From NCBI GenBank assembly GCA_041082215.1, contig JBDOIF010000118.1, forward strand, positions 62,001 to 117,067: a DNA stretch of 55,067 nt, given 5' to 3'. The translations under genes were made by a program, and so were the position numbers. Origin of the DNA: Anaerolineae bacterium (GTDB lineage: Bacteria; Chloroflexota; Anaerolineae; B4-G1; DUEL01). The notes below the pieces were generated by a model that saw only the letters and a list, made by a program, of their open reading frames with translations, searched no databases and was not told the origin of the DNA. Positions 46,192 to 55,067 of this stretch are shown piece after piece (the stretch's first letter is position 1; the number at the start of each line of letters is the position of its first letter).

Positions 46192-47520
46192 CTATGCCAC
46201 CGCCCGCATCGCCGGTCGGCTGCGCAGCCACAGCCACCCGATCTGAACAAGCTGCCCAACCCCAAAGGCCGCCAGACCCACGTACAGCCCCGCAGCCCTG
46301 ACCCAGGTCGCGCCGGCCCAGAGGAGGCCGCTGGTGACCAGCAGGAAGATGGCGATCGCCTCGGTGATCCCCCGGGTGCGACGGCTGTAGACAATAGCCC
46401 CCTGATACCAGCTCTGAAGAACGTTGAAGGCCGGCATCGGCAGGGCCAGCCACAGCCCCCGGGTGGCAAGCTCTGCCAGGGATGGACTCAAAGCCGATAC
46501 CTGTCCGAACCAGAAGGCGGCAAAGGGAGTGGCGGCCATTACCAGCAGCAGGGACGTCGTTGCAACGACCAGGATAGCCGTGAAGCGGCGGAGGGCGCGG
46601 ACGGCCTGCGGCTCGTCCAGCAACGCGATGACGACCTCGTTGTAGGCCACCCCCGCGCTGCGGAGGAGGAAAATGAAGCCGGAAAGCACCGGCCAGACAG
46701 CCAGCGAGTCCAGCGCCCGGGGCATACGGCTGAGGGCCGCGCTGCCGATCGGCTGGGCCAGCAGATTGAGGAGGGAGGTCATCGCCAGCGGGACGTAGAA
46801 AGCGAGGAAGGCGCGAAAAGTGAGCCCATCCCCCGAATGGGAAGCTGTCCTCAGCGGACCGCGGAGCACAGGCCGCACCCGCAGCCCGGCGTAAACCGCC
46901 TCGCTGAGCACGCCAGCGGCGAGGGCGGCAGTGGCGACGACGATGCCAGGAAGGGTACGGACGAGATAGCCGGTGGCCAACACCAGCCCGTCCGCGCCCA
47001 GACGGACCAGCGTGCCGACCCCCACCGCACGGGAGTGGCCGAAGCGGATCAACACCCCCTGGTTGAAGCGGCGATAGGCGATGGACCAGGTCCACGGCGT
47101 CATGATCATCAGGCCGATGCGGGCTGGTTCGACGATCTCCGGCGGCGCGCCGATCCATTGGGTGACGACCAGATCGTACAGAGGGGTGAAGGCAACCAGC
47201 ACGTGCAGGCCGGTCAGCAAAGCCCCCATCCACATCATGAAGCGCCGCAGACGGACATAGGCCGCCCAGTCCCTGCTGAGGGCCGTTGAGGCGGAGAGGA
47301 GCATAATGATGGGGGATTCGACGATCAGTGCCAGCGGCCAGACAATGCCGCCGAAGGCGGCCAGGTTGATCTCTGGATCGGCCAGCCGGGCCATCACAAT
47401 GCTCAGGGCGGGCGATTCGGCCGACATCAGCAGCCAGCTCATCGCCAGCGGCCACCAGACCTGAACGACCCGGCGCAGTGACAGCCTCCCACCACCAGAA
47501 GGATCACCCCTACCGTCCAT
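46192..47520 (-). CDS. ANKH-like / MATE (MOP superfamily) membrane transporter
   Basis: About 12 TMs with an internal duplication (WWPLAMSWLL...SP / YVPLAMTSLL...QP). Confidence 0.65.
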   Translation of the reverse strand: MDGRGDPSGGGRLSLRRVVQVWWPLAMSWLLMSAESPALSIVMARLADPEINLAAFGGIVWPLALIVESPIIMLLSASTALSRDWAAYVRLRRFMMWMGALLTGLHVLVAFTPLYDLVVTQWIGAPPEIVEPARIGLMIMTPWTWSIAYRRFNQGVLIRFGHSRAVGVGTLVRLGADGLVLATGYLVRTLPGIVVATAALAAGVLSEAVYAGLRVRPVLRGPLRTASHSGDGLTFRAFLAFYVPLAMTSLLNLLAQPIGSAALSRMPRALDSLAVWPVLSGFIFLLRSAGVAYNEVVIALLDEPQAVRALRRFTAILVVATTSLLLVMAATPFAAFWFGQVSALSPSLAELATRGLWLALPMPAFNVLQSWYQGAIVYSRRTRGITEAIAIFLLVTSGLLWAGATWVRAAGLYVGLAAFGVGQLVQIGWLWLRSRPAMRAVA

Positions 47521-47552
47521 CTATTCTTCCCTGCAGGAGCGGATTTGCCCGG

Positions 47553-48368
47553 CTAGCCTGCCCGCACCAGCTTTCCCTCCTCCCACAGGAGGGGTCGGGA
47601 CCGGGCGGATATCCCTGCCAGCCGGACGATGACCGCCGTGAACGTGGCGGGGTCGCCGGTGGTATAAAATGTATGCTGTCCTGCGCGGCCCTGTGGGGCA
47701 TTCTTCCCCGCGCTGGCCAGCACCCGCCCCGTCTGCCGCGCTACCGCCGGGGCCGGGTCAATGATCTCCACTCCAGAACCCACCACCCGCTCGATGAGGG
47801 GGCGGAGGAAAGGGTAGTGGGTGCAGCCCAGCACCAGCTCATCAATGCCAGCCGCCAGCAGCGGCTCCAGACAGGCCCGGACCAGTCTCTCCGTGGACGG
47901 CGTATCCAGCTCGCCCGCTTCCACCGCCTCCACCAGCCCCGGGCAGACCTGGGGGAAGACCCGCACGTCGGCGGCGAACCGTTCCAGGAGCGAAGCGAAC
48001 AGCTCCCCCTGAAAGGTAGCTGGGGTGGCGATCACCCCCACCGCGCCGGTGCGGGTGTTCTGGACCGCCGGCTTCACCGCTGGCTCCATCCCCACGAAGG
48101 GAACGTCGGGGAATGTGGCCCGGAGGTGGTGGAGAGCAGCAGCCGAGGCGGTGTTACAGGCCACGACGACCACATCGGCCCCTTCCTCCAGCAGGAACCG
48201 GGCGATCCCTTCAGCAAACCGGCGCACCTCCGCCAGGGGGCGCGGGCCATAGGGGACATGGGCCTGGTCGGCCACGTAGAGGGTGTCGTGGCCGGGCAGC
48301 TGCCGGGCGATCTCCCGCCAGACGGAGAGGCCTCCAACGCCGGAATCGAAGACGCCGATGAGGGCCAT
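47553..48368 (-). CDS. murI: Glutamate racemase
   Basis: FDSGVGG, PYG, ACNTAS, LGCTHYP. Confidence 0.96.
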   Translation of the reverse strand: MALIGVFDSGVGGLSVWREIARQLPGHDTLYVADQAHVPYGPRPLAEVRRFAEGIARFLLEEGADVVVVACNTASAAALHHLRATFPDVPFVGMEPAVKPAVQNTRTGAVGVIATPATFQGELFASLLERFAADVRVFPQVCPGLVEAVEAGELDTPSTERLVRACLEPLLAAGIDELVLGCTHYPFLRPLIERVVGSGVEIIDPAPAVARQTGRVLASAGKNAPQGRAGQHTFYTTGDPATFTAVIVRLAGISARSRPLLWEEGKLVRAG

Positions 48369-48385
48369 GCTCGTTGCTGGTTGGA

Positions 48386-50371
48386 TTATGGGAAGGCGAT
48401 TGTGTAGCGGTAGGAGGCGGGTTCGGTGGTGACAGGGGCGTAGGCGGAGATGGCCATCACCGCCCGGCGAACGCCCCCTCCCAGCGGGACCTCCCACTGG
48501 CCTGTCTGCGCCCCGTCCAGCTCCAGCCGCTGTACCGTCGTCTGAGGGCCGAAAAGGACCAGCTGGATCAGCCACCGCTGTGGGAGGACATTGGTGTGGC
48601 GGATGAAGCCAGCAGGCTCCCACCCACCACCATCGGCCTCGAAATCGGAAAAGTAGCCGATCTCAGGGATCGCCACATCGTCCAGGACGAATCCCGGCCG
48701 GTTCACCGCGTCGTCGGTTATATACTCGAACCGGACCAGCACCTTCCGCCCGACGTAGGGGGTCAGGTCCACCGTTTCGTGGATCCATTCCGGCTCGTCC
48801 CCTCCCCCGCTCCGGCCGGTGTAGGCCCAGCCGAAGGAGTTGCCGTTGGGGTTGGTGGGCGTGCCCGAGGGTGTCTCGATGATCCGCCACGTCTGTCCCC
48901 CATCGGTGCTGACCTCGACGTAGGCGTAGTCCCAATCCTCTTCGAGATCGTACCAGCACCAGTAATCCAGGGTGGCTCCGGAGACTCCCGAAAGGTCAAA
49001 AGCCCGCGTGAGGGTCATGTCCGAATCGTCCCCCCGGTTCGACCACCAGAGATACTGTCCGCTGTGGGGCTGTGCGTTGACCAGCCCCACCTGATTGGAC
49101 CCGGTGAAGGAGAAGAGAAGCGGCCGGTCTCCCTCCATCTCAATATAGTCGGTGCCGTACTGGGAGACCGTGGTCTCGCGACTCAGCGGGTAGTCTCCTG
49201 AACTGAACCGGGCATCTTTGCGGAACTCGGGCGGGTCAATATCCCCGTACCCGTACCGCCCACCCATCATCTCCGGATCGTCCAGCAGGTTGGCGATCAC
49301 CCAGTCGGTAAAGAGGTCCACGTGGTTCATCCCCGTCCCCAACCCGTCCAGGACCGCATCCACAGCCGCAAAGCCGTTCTCGTCGTGGGCGACGAGCGCC
49401 TGAGTGGCATCGGGGCCGAACCGGTCGAGGAAGTAAGAAGTGAAGAGATAGCCCGCGCCATAGTTGGCCCCCGCCGTCCCCGGCCCCTCGGGCCAGGAGT
49501 TGAGCTGCGTATCCGGCCGGCTGGAGAACTCATACTCGGACCCGCCGGGATCGAAGCCGTTGAGGTAGGAGGCCAGCTCAGAGAAGCCCTCGTTCAGCCA
49601 GGTTTCCTCATTCCGGTCGTTATACCAGTGGATCATGTGCTGAAACTCGTGGGCCAGCACACCGTTGTAGAAGACGGAGTTCACCCGGACGTTTTCTATG
49701 TTGATATAGAACATCTCCATCTCGTTGGAGTCATCCCGCACAGCGGAGACGAACTCGTCGGCGGAGGAATAGTACCCGGCGACGGTTTCGCCCAGGTTCC
49801 GGGCGTGGAGGATAGAAAGATGGGGATCGTTATCCACGCCGGGGGTCCACTCGGAGCCGAAGAAAGCCCGGTTGGTCGGATACGTGTGGCTCTCGAACAG
49901 CTCGGCGGCCGCCTGGAGTTCGTCAAGGTCTACCTCTACCCCTTCCTCCACCCACATATAGACATGATCGGTCTTGTAACGAAGGATGGCATAGACATCG
50001 AACTGCTCGTCGGTATCCACATTGGAAGCGTGGAAGAGGCGGCGGGTGCCAATGGGGTAATCCGGTGAACCGCCGGGATTGGTGGTACGGGGTGTATCGG
50101 GGGGAAGCCCCTTCAAGCGGATGGCCAGCTCGTGGAGGTCCCGCACCGGGACCATGGTGGAGGCCAGCAGCGCTTCCGTATCCGAGGCTGTATTGGGCAG
50201 CGGCTCCTGTGTCACAACCGGAGAGGGCTCAGGGGTCGCTTCTTCCGTCACAGCCGTGACAATCGGCTCGACGTACCGCTCCCAATCCAGCTCGGTCAAC
50301 CAGCCACAACAGCAGCAAGCCAGCAGCAGGGAAAGGGCTGCCAGCGTGACAAAAAGAGTAGAGATCTTCAT
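48386..50371 (-). CDS. Secreted/lipoprotein zinc metallopeptidase with an immune inhibitor A (M6)-like C-terminal domain
   Basis: Signal peptide with LLAC; HEFQH..H...WLNEGFSE; E.DWDY..VEVSTDGG..W and FEYITD..V...GF..DD. Confidence 0.8.
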   Translation of the reverse strand: MKISTLFVTLAALSLLLACCCCGWLTELDWERYVEPIVTAVTEEATPEPSPVVTQEPLPNTASDTEALLASTMVPVRDLHELAIRLKGLPPDTPRTTNPGGSPDYPIGTRRLFHASNVDTDEQFDVYAILRYKTDHVYMWVEEGVEVDLDELQAAAELFESHTYPTNRAFFGSEWTPGVDNDPHLSILHARNLGETVAGYYSSADEFVSAVRDDSNEMEMFYINIENVRVNSVFYNGVLAHEFQHMIHWYNDRNEETWLNEGFSELASYLNGFDPGGSEYEFSSRPDTQLNSWPEGPGTAGANYGAGYLFTSYFLDRFGPDATQALVAHDENGFAAVDAVLDGLGTGMNHVDLFTDWVIANLLDDPEMMGGRYGYGDIDPPEFRKDARFSSGDYPLSRETTVSQYGTDYIEMEGDRPLLFSFTGSNQVGLVNAQPHSGQYLWWSNRGDDSDMTLTRAFDLSGVSGATLDYWCWYDLEEDWDYAYVEVSTDGGQTWRIIETPSGTPTNPNGNSFGWAYTGRSGGGDEPEWIHETVDLTPYVGRKVLVRFEYITDDAVNRPGFVLDDVAIPEIGYFSDFEADGGGWEPAGFIRHTNVLPQRWLIQLVLFGPQTTVQRLELDGAQTGQWEVPLGGGVRRAVMAISAYAPVTTEPASYRYTIAFP

Positions 50372-50405
50372 TCTGCGCTCCTTCTGGAAGGTCCCATGCT
50401 AGCTT

Positions 50406-50414
50406 ATTATAACA
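50406..50414 (-). promoter_or_regulatory. Extended -10 element for the peptidase gene
   Basis: TGTTATAAT 35 nt upstream of the ATG. Confidence 0.5.
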
Positions 50415-50444
50415 TATCCTGCCCATGAGCGAAACACTACTTTC

Positions 50445-50635
50445 GCCAGGTGTATTTCAGTTTGGGGGCGAGATGTCCCTGGCCGGGGCCGGGCGTGGGG
50501 AAACACGAATGGCGCGAATGGAAAAGAATACCGCGAATGGGGCAGGTATCCCTCCTGTTCGCTGTATTCGGGCCATTCGTGGGATTCGCGATCCGCCGAG
50601 GGGCGAGAGGACCACTCGCCCCGAAATTGAAATAC
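50445..50635 (+). mobile_element. MITE-like dispersed repeat, copy 2, with ~23-bp terminal inverted repeats
   Basis: Left end gtgtatttcagtttgggggcgag versus reverse complement of right end gggtatttcaatttcggggcgag (20/23); internal CGAATGG / ATTCG inverted sub-repeats; no transposase. Confidence 0.82.
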
Positions 50636-50654
50636 CCCCCGCACCCGGATGCGC

Positions 50655-50705
50655 TTGCCCGATCGGCAAAAACATGGTATACTTTACCTACCGAACGTTC
50701 GGTAG
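50655..50705 (+). promoter_or_regulatory. Promoter plus a perfect 18-bp palindromic operator for the TetR operon
   Basis: TTGCCC, 17 bp, TATACT with a TG extension; CTACCGAACGTTCGGTAG at 50688-50705. Confidence 0.85.
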
Positions 50706-50827
50706 ATTCACGACAGTAAGGACGTTGACCACCGGCATCGGCGTTGCCTTCCTCCTCTAACCCCACCCCCCTCCACATCCTCATAGATGCAGCGGCATAC
50801 AGGCCCGAAAGGGCGCAGGGGTTGTCC

Positions 50828-51469
50828 ATGTCTCAGAGGGGAACGGGACGAGAAGAAACGATCCTGCGGGCAGCCGCCCATCTCTTCAAGGAGAAGGGGT
50901 ACCATAACACCTCGATGCAGGACCTGGCCGACGCCCTTGACCTCCAAAAAGCGAGCCTGTACCACTACATCGAAAGCAAAGAGGACCTCCTTTTCCGCAT
51001 CATCGAGTATGGGGGCCGTATGCTCCAGGAGCAGGTAAAAGAGGTCCGGGCGACCGATCTCCCCCCTGCCGAGAAACTCCGCCTTGCTCTGGAGAACCAC
51101 GCCATCGGCATTATGGAGAATATTGACCTCTTCTCCGTCTTCCTGAACGAATACCGCAACCTTTCCCCCCCTCGACGCCAGCAAATCCTCAAGGTCCGCA
51201 GGCAGTACGAGCAGATGCTGATGCAGATTCTGGAAGAGGGCATCGCCAGCGGCGATTTCCGCCCTGTGAATGTAAAAATGGCCGTGATGGGGCTTCTGGG
51301 AATGCTGAACTGGACCCGTCAGTGGTACTCGCCCGACGGCCCCCTCTCCCCCCGGGAGATCGCCGCCACGCTGGTGGACCTGGCGCTGCACGGGGTGATG
51401 GGGGAAGAGGCGAGGGGCAAGTGGCAAGAGGCAAGTGGCAAGAGGCAAGTGGCAGGGGGTGAGCAGTGA
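50828..51469 (+). CDS. TetR/AcrR family regulator (KstR2-like C-terminal domain)
   Basis: AA.LF.EKGY..TSMQDLA..L...KASLYHY..SKEDL; LGMLNW...WY.PDG. Confidence 0.92.
   Translation: MSQRGTGREETILRAAAHLFKEKGYHNTSMQDLADALDLQKASLYHYIESKEDLLFRIIEYGGRMLQEQVKEVRATDLPPAEKLRLALENHAIGIMENIDLFSVFLNEYRNLSPPRRQQILKVRRQYEQMLMQILEEGIASGDFRPVNVKMAVMGLLGMLNWTRQWYSPDGPLSPREIAATLVDLALHGVMGEEARGKWQEASGKRQVAGGEQ
51409..51457 (+). repeat. Heptamer array (GGCAAGW)x7 forming the TetR C-terminal tail
   Basis: ggcgagg ggcaagt ggcaaga ggcaagt ggcaaga ggcaagt ggcaggg. Confidence 0.88.
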
Positions 51470-52623
51470 TTGACTTCCGATTGACCGAAGAGCAGGAGCA
51501 GATGCGGCAACTGGCCCACCGGTTCGCCGAGCGGGAGATCCGACCGGTGGCCGCGGAGTACGATGAGAGTGAGGAGATGCCGTGGCCGGTGCTGGAGAAG
51601 GCGGCCCGGATCGGGCTGACCTCCTACCAGTATCCCGAAAAGTACGGCGGCGGCGGGATCACCAGCGCGCTGACCGCCTGCCTGGTGGTCGAGGAGCTGG
51701 CCTGGGGTTGCCTGGGGATCGCCACCGCCATCGTCGGGGCAGGCCTGGCGGCGGTCCCCATCATGATTGACGGCAACGAGGAGCAGAAGGCCCGCTATAT
51801 CCCCTGGTTCTGCGACGCCGAGCGGGTCCGGCTGGGCGCCTTCGCCCTCACCGAGCCGGAGGCGGGGTCGGACGCCGCTTCGATCCGCACCGCCGCTGTC
51901 CGCAAAGGCGACCGCTACATCCTCAACGGCCAGAAGCGGTTCATCACCCACGGCGGCATCGCCGACCTCTACGTGATCTTCGCCACGGTGGACCGGAGCC
52001 TGGGCCACCGGGGGATCACTGCCTTCATTGTGGAAGGCAATTCACCAGGGCTATCGGCGGGCAAGAAGGAAAAGAAGATGGGGATGCGGGCCTGCCACAC
52101 AGGGGACGTGATCCTGGAAGACGTGGAGGTGCCGGTAGAGAACCGACTTGGCGAAGAAGGGGAGGGCTTCTACATCGCCATGCGGGCCTTCGAGCACACC
52201 CGTCCCGCCGTTGCAGCCTGCGCGGTTGGGGTGGCCCGCGCCGCCTACGAGTACGCCCTCCAGTACGCCCAGGAGCGGGTGCAGTTCGGCAAGCCCATCA
52301 TCACCAAGCAGGCGATCCGCTTTATGCTGGCTGATATGGCTACGGAGATCGAGGCAGCACGGCTCCTTACCTGGCACGCAGCGTGGCGGGTTGACCAGGG
52401 ACTTCCGGCCAACATCCAGGCCAGCATGGCCAAAGCCTTCGCCGCCGATATGGCCATGCGGATCACCACCGATGCGGTCCAGGTCCTGGGCGGCTACGGC
52501 TATATGCGGGAATACCCCGTGGAGAAGTGGATGCGGGATGCGAAGATCCTCCAGATTGTGGAGGGGACCAGCCAGATTCAGAAGGTGGTGATCTCGCAGA
52601 TGCTGGCAATGGGGATAGAGTGA
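51466..52623 (+). CDS. Acyl-CoA dehydrogenase
   Basis: ALTEPEAGSDA, NGQKRFIT, R.QFGKPI, LGGYGY..EYP, I.EGTSQIQ. Confidence 0.96.
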   Translation: MIDFRLTEEQEQMRQLAHRFAEREIRPVAAEYDESEEMPWPVLEKAARIGLTSYQYPEKYGGGGITSALTACLVVEELAWGCLGIATAIVGAGLAAVPIMIDGNEEQKARYIPWFCDAERVRLGAFALTEPEAGSDAASIRTAAVRKGDRYILNGQKRFITHGGIADLYVIFATVDRSLGHRGITAFIVEGNSPGLSAGKKEKKMGMRACHTGDVILEDVEVPVENRLGEEGEGFYIAMRAFEHTRPAVAACAVGVARAAYEYALQYAQERVQFGKPIITKQAIRFMLADMATEIEAARLLTWHAAWRVDQGLPANIQASMAKAFAADMAMRITTDAVQVLGGYGYMREYPVEKWMRDAKILQIVEGTSQIQKVVISQMLAMGIE

Positions 52624-52637
52624 AGGAGGCAGATGAA

Positions 52638-53201
52638 ATGAAACAACCCCATCCGTTCCTATGGCTTTCCGAGCCAGGCCAGAAATGGGCCTTCATTGCG
52701 ACCGCCGTTGTCGCCGTTCTGGTGATGGCTTCCCTGCAGGTGCTGGGTGGTCCACTGAAGACAGAGGCTGCCCCAGGTGGCATCATCTCCTACGAGTTCG
52801 CCCGCGACCTGGAAGGGGCGAGCCGGATTCTGGCCTCCTGGGGGCCTGAGGCGCGGGTCTTCGCCGGCCTGAACCTGGGCCTGGACTATCTCTTCATGGT
52901 CGCTTACGCCTGCGCCATCGGGCTGGGATGCGTGCTGGTGGCCCGCCGCCTGGGCCGGTGGAGCCGCGGCCTCGCCGTGCTGGGCGTGGTGCTCTCATGG
53001 GGGCAGTGGATCGCGGCGCTGCTGGACGCGACGGAGAACTACGCCCTGATCCGGCTGCTCCTGGGATCGGAGCGGGCATTATGGCCGGCACTGGCATATG
53101 GGTGTGCCCTGCCGAAGTTCCTGATCGTGGGTGTGGGCATCCTGTTCGTGGTGCTGGGGGGCATCCTGTCCATCCCGATGGCCGGCCGCAGGTCTCGTTA
53201 G
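52638..53201 (+). CDS. Hypothetical membrane protein
   Basis: AGGAGG RBS; 4-5 TMs; [12 protein letters not shown] and D..EN motifs. Confidence 0.7.
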   Translation: MKQPHPFLWLSEPGQKWAFIATAVVAVLVMASLQVLGGPLKTEAAPGGIISYEFARDLEGASRILASWGPEARVFAGLNLGLDYLFMVAYACAIGLGCVLVARRLGRWSRGLAVLGVVLSWGQWIAALLDATENYALIRLLLGSERALWPALAYGCALPKFLIVGVGILFVVLGGILSIPMAGRRSR

Positions 53202-53212
53202 GAGGTATGCCA

Positions 53213-53986
53213 ATGGAAGCGTTCTCGTTACAGGGAAAGGTCGCTGTGGTTACCGGCGCATCTCGGGGCATCGGACGGGCCATCGCCCTGCGGCTGGCCC
53301 AGGCCGGCGCGAAGGTGACGGTATGCAGCCGCAAGCTGGAGAGTGTGGAACAGGTGGCCGAGGAGATCCGGGCCGCGGGCGGGGAAGCGCTGGCGGTCGG
53401 AGCCCATGTAGGACAGGCCGAGCAGGTGGAGGCGATGGTCGCCCGCACGGTGGAAAGCTTCGGGCGGGTGGACATCGCTGTCAACAACGCCGCCACCAAT
53501 CCCCACTTCGGCCCCATCCTCACCGCTGATGAAGGTCAGTGGGACAAAATCCTGGATACCAACGTAAAGTCCGTCTTCCGTGTCGCCAGAGCGGTCGCCC
53601 CGTACATGAAAGCTCAGGGCGGAGGCAAGATCATCAATATGGCCTCCATCGCCGGCCTGCGTCCCTCCCCCGCCATGGGGGTCTACTCCGTCTCCAAGGC
53701 GGCGGTCATCATGCTCACCCAGGTGCTGGCCCTGGAGCTGGCCCCCGATAACATCCAGGTCAACGCCATCGCCCCCGGCGTGATCAAGACCCGCTTCAGC
53801 CAGGTGCTCTGGCAGACCCCCCAACTGGCCGAGCCGATCCTGAAGGGTACCCCTCTGGGCCGCTTCGGGGAGCCGGAGGATGTGGCGGGACTGGCCCTCT
53901 TCCTGGCCTCCCCTGCTTCCGACTACATCACCGGGGCGGTGTTCCTGGTGGATGGGGGGATGAACGTGGCTTCGGCAATGGCGTGA
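53213..53986 (+). CDS. SDR oxidoreductase (DHRS4-like)
   Basis: [30 protein letters not shown]. Confidence 0.92.
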   Translation: MEAFSLQGKVAVVTGASRGIGRAIALRLAQAGAKVTVCSRKLESVEQVAEEIRAAGGEALAVGAHVGQAEQVEAMVARTVESFGRVDIAVNNAATNPHFGPILTADEGQWDKILDTNVKSVFRVARAVAPYMKAQGGGKIINMASIAGLRPSPAMGVYSVSKAAVIMLTQVLALELAPDNIQVNAIAPGVIKTRFSQVLWQTPQLAEPILKGTPLGRFGEPEDVAGLALFLASPASDYITGAVFLVDGGMNVASAMA

Positions 53987-53990
53987 AAAA

Positions 53991-54039
53991 GTGGCAGGTG
54001 GCAAGTAGCAGGTGAGAAGTGCAGAATGCAGGATGAGGA
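53991..54039 (+). repeat. Degenerate heptamer array between the SDR and MaoC genes
   Basis: gtggcag gtggcaa gtagcag gtgagaa gtgcaga atgcagg atgagga; the last unit runs into the RBS. Confidence 0.7.
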
Positions 54040-54047
54040 GGGTGGCT

Positions 54048-55067
54048 ATGTCCTTAAACCTGGATGCTATCGGCAAGAAGATCGGCCCTGTCTCCACGGA
54101 GTACGGGTGGAAGGACCTGGTCCTCTACGCCCTGGGGGTCGGGGCCGGATCGGCTGAGCTGGAATATGTCTACGAAGCCCGACTCAAGGCGATCCCCTCC
54201 TTCGCCGTCACCGTCGCTTATCCCCTCTTCGCTGAGGTGGTCGCCCTGGCCGGGATCAACCCGATGGGGCTGCTGCATGGAGAACACGACCTGTTCCTCC
54301 ACCGCCCCCTCCCCCCCGAAGGGGACAGGCTGACGACGGAGGGGCAGATCACGCATATGTACGACCGGGGAGAGGGACAGGGCGCGCTGGTCATCGCCGA
54401 AGCGGTTACCTACGGCTCCGACGGGCAGAAGCTCTTCACCAATGTGGCCACCCTGTTCGCCCGGCTGGACGGCGGCTTTGGTGGAGACCCGCCTCCAAAG
54501 GAGCCGTTTGCCTTCCCGGAGCGGCCACCGGACCTCGAGGAGACCCAGCATCCCTCCCCCGACCAGCCCCTCCTCTATCGCCTCTCGGGGGATACCTTTG
54601 CCCTCCACGTTGACCCCGAGTTCGCCCGTGCCAGCGGTTTCGAGCGGCCCATCATGCACGGCCTCTGCACCCACGGCTTCGCCTGCCGGGCGGTGATCGG
54701 GCGTCTTTTCCCCGGCGAACCGGAGCGGATGGCCCGCTTCCGCGTCCGCTTCTCCCGCCCCCTCTACCCCGGCCAGCCCATCCAGACCCAGATCTGGAAG
54801 GTCGAGGAGGGCAGGGCCATTTTCCGCACCGTCAATCTGGAGACGGGGGAGGTGGTGCTGGACCGGGGGATTGTGGAGTGGGTCAGCCAGGAGGAGGCCC
54901 GGCGGCGGGCACAGTACGGCATCCGCTTTGATGGTCGGGTGGCGGTGGTGACGGGCGCCGGACGCGGCCTGGGACGGGCCTACGCACTGGAGCTGGCCAA
55001 GCGCGGCGCCAAAGTCGTCGTCAACGACCCCGGCGTCGCTCCCGACGGCTCCGGCGGCTCCACCCAG
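54048..55067 (+). CDS. MaoC-type (R)-enoyl-CoA hydratase 2 fused to an MFE-2-like SDR dehydrogenase (truncated by the window end; not in the ORF track)
   Basis: MSLNLDAIG...LYALGVG, YRLSGDTFALHVDP, IMHGLCT, then in frame RFDGRVAVVTGAGRGLGRAYA.ELAKRGAKVVVND. Confidence 0.88.
   Translation, partial: MSLNLDAIGKKIGPVSTEYGWKDLVLYALGVGAGSAELEYVYEARLKAIPSFAVTVAYPLFAEVVALAGINPMGLLHGEHDLFLHRPLPPEGDRLTTEGQITHMYDRGEGQGALVIAEAVTYGSDGQKLFTNVATLFARLDGGFGGDPPPKEPFAFPERPPDLEETQHPSPDQPLLYRLSGDTFALHVDPEFARASGFERPIMHGLCTHGFACRAVIGRLFPGEPERMARFRVRFSRPLYPGQPIQTQIWKVEEGRAIFRTVNLETGEVVLDRGIVEWVSQEEARRRAQYGIRFDGRVAVVTGAGRGLGRAYALELAKRGAKVVVNDPGVAPDGSGGSTQ

Noticed and set aside
45092..47455. 787-aa minus-strand and 663-aa plus-strand ORFs
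   Set aside because: They overlap the radical SAM and transporter genes in other frames and have low-complexity Arg/Gly/Pro composition

Overview
GC-rich bacterial window, probably from a Chloroflexota (Anaerolineae-like) genome; this is inferred from the DUF2298/YYY GT-C protein, the Pro/Thr-rich SH3 protein and the dcw gene content. In order: the end of a pst operon (pstB, phoU); a minus-strand block containing a SEDS(RodA)-PBP fusion, MTA phosphorylase, two SDRs, a VapBC-type TA pair, two FHA proteins, a HisC-like aminotransferase, an ADP-forming acyl-CoA ligase and an orphan iorB; a nearly complete dcw cluster (mraZ-rsmH-ftsL-ftsI-murF-mraY-hyp-murD-ftsW-murG-cvpA-like-murC-murB-ddl-ftsQ-ftsA-ftsZ, without murE); an SH3 protein and a CPBP protease; a PAS/5xGAF hybrid kinase with a response regulator; a GT-C glycosylation locus; a radical SAM/ANKH-like/murI/M6-peptidase block flanked by two inverted copies of a ~190 bp MITE-like element; and a TetR-led beta-oxidation operon cut off at the right edge. 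Main observations: (1) the transpeptidase domain of the RodA-PBP fusion has lost all three catalytic motifs, and its fusion junction is an octamer repeat array; (2) 7-, 8- and 9-mer tandem arrays, several arranged head-to-head around a palindrome, sit at gene junctions and inside essential genes; (3) the inverted MITE pair; (4) several apparently leaderless or short-leader promoters. No rRNA, tRNA, CRISPR array or transposase was seen. All family assignments come from motif recognition by eye, with no database searches.
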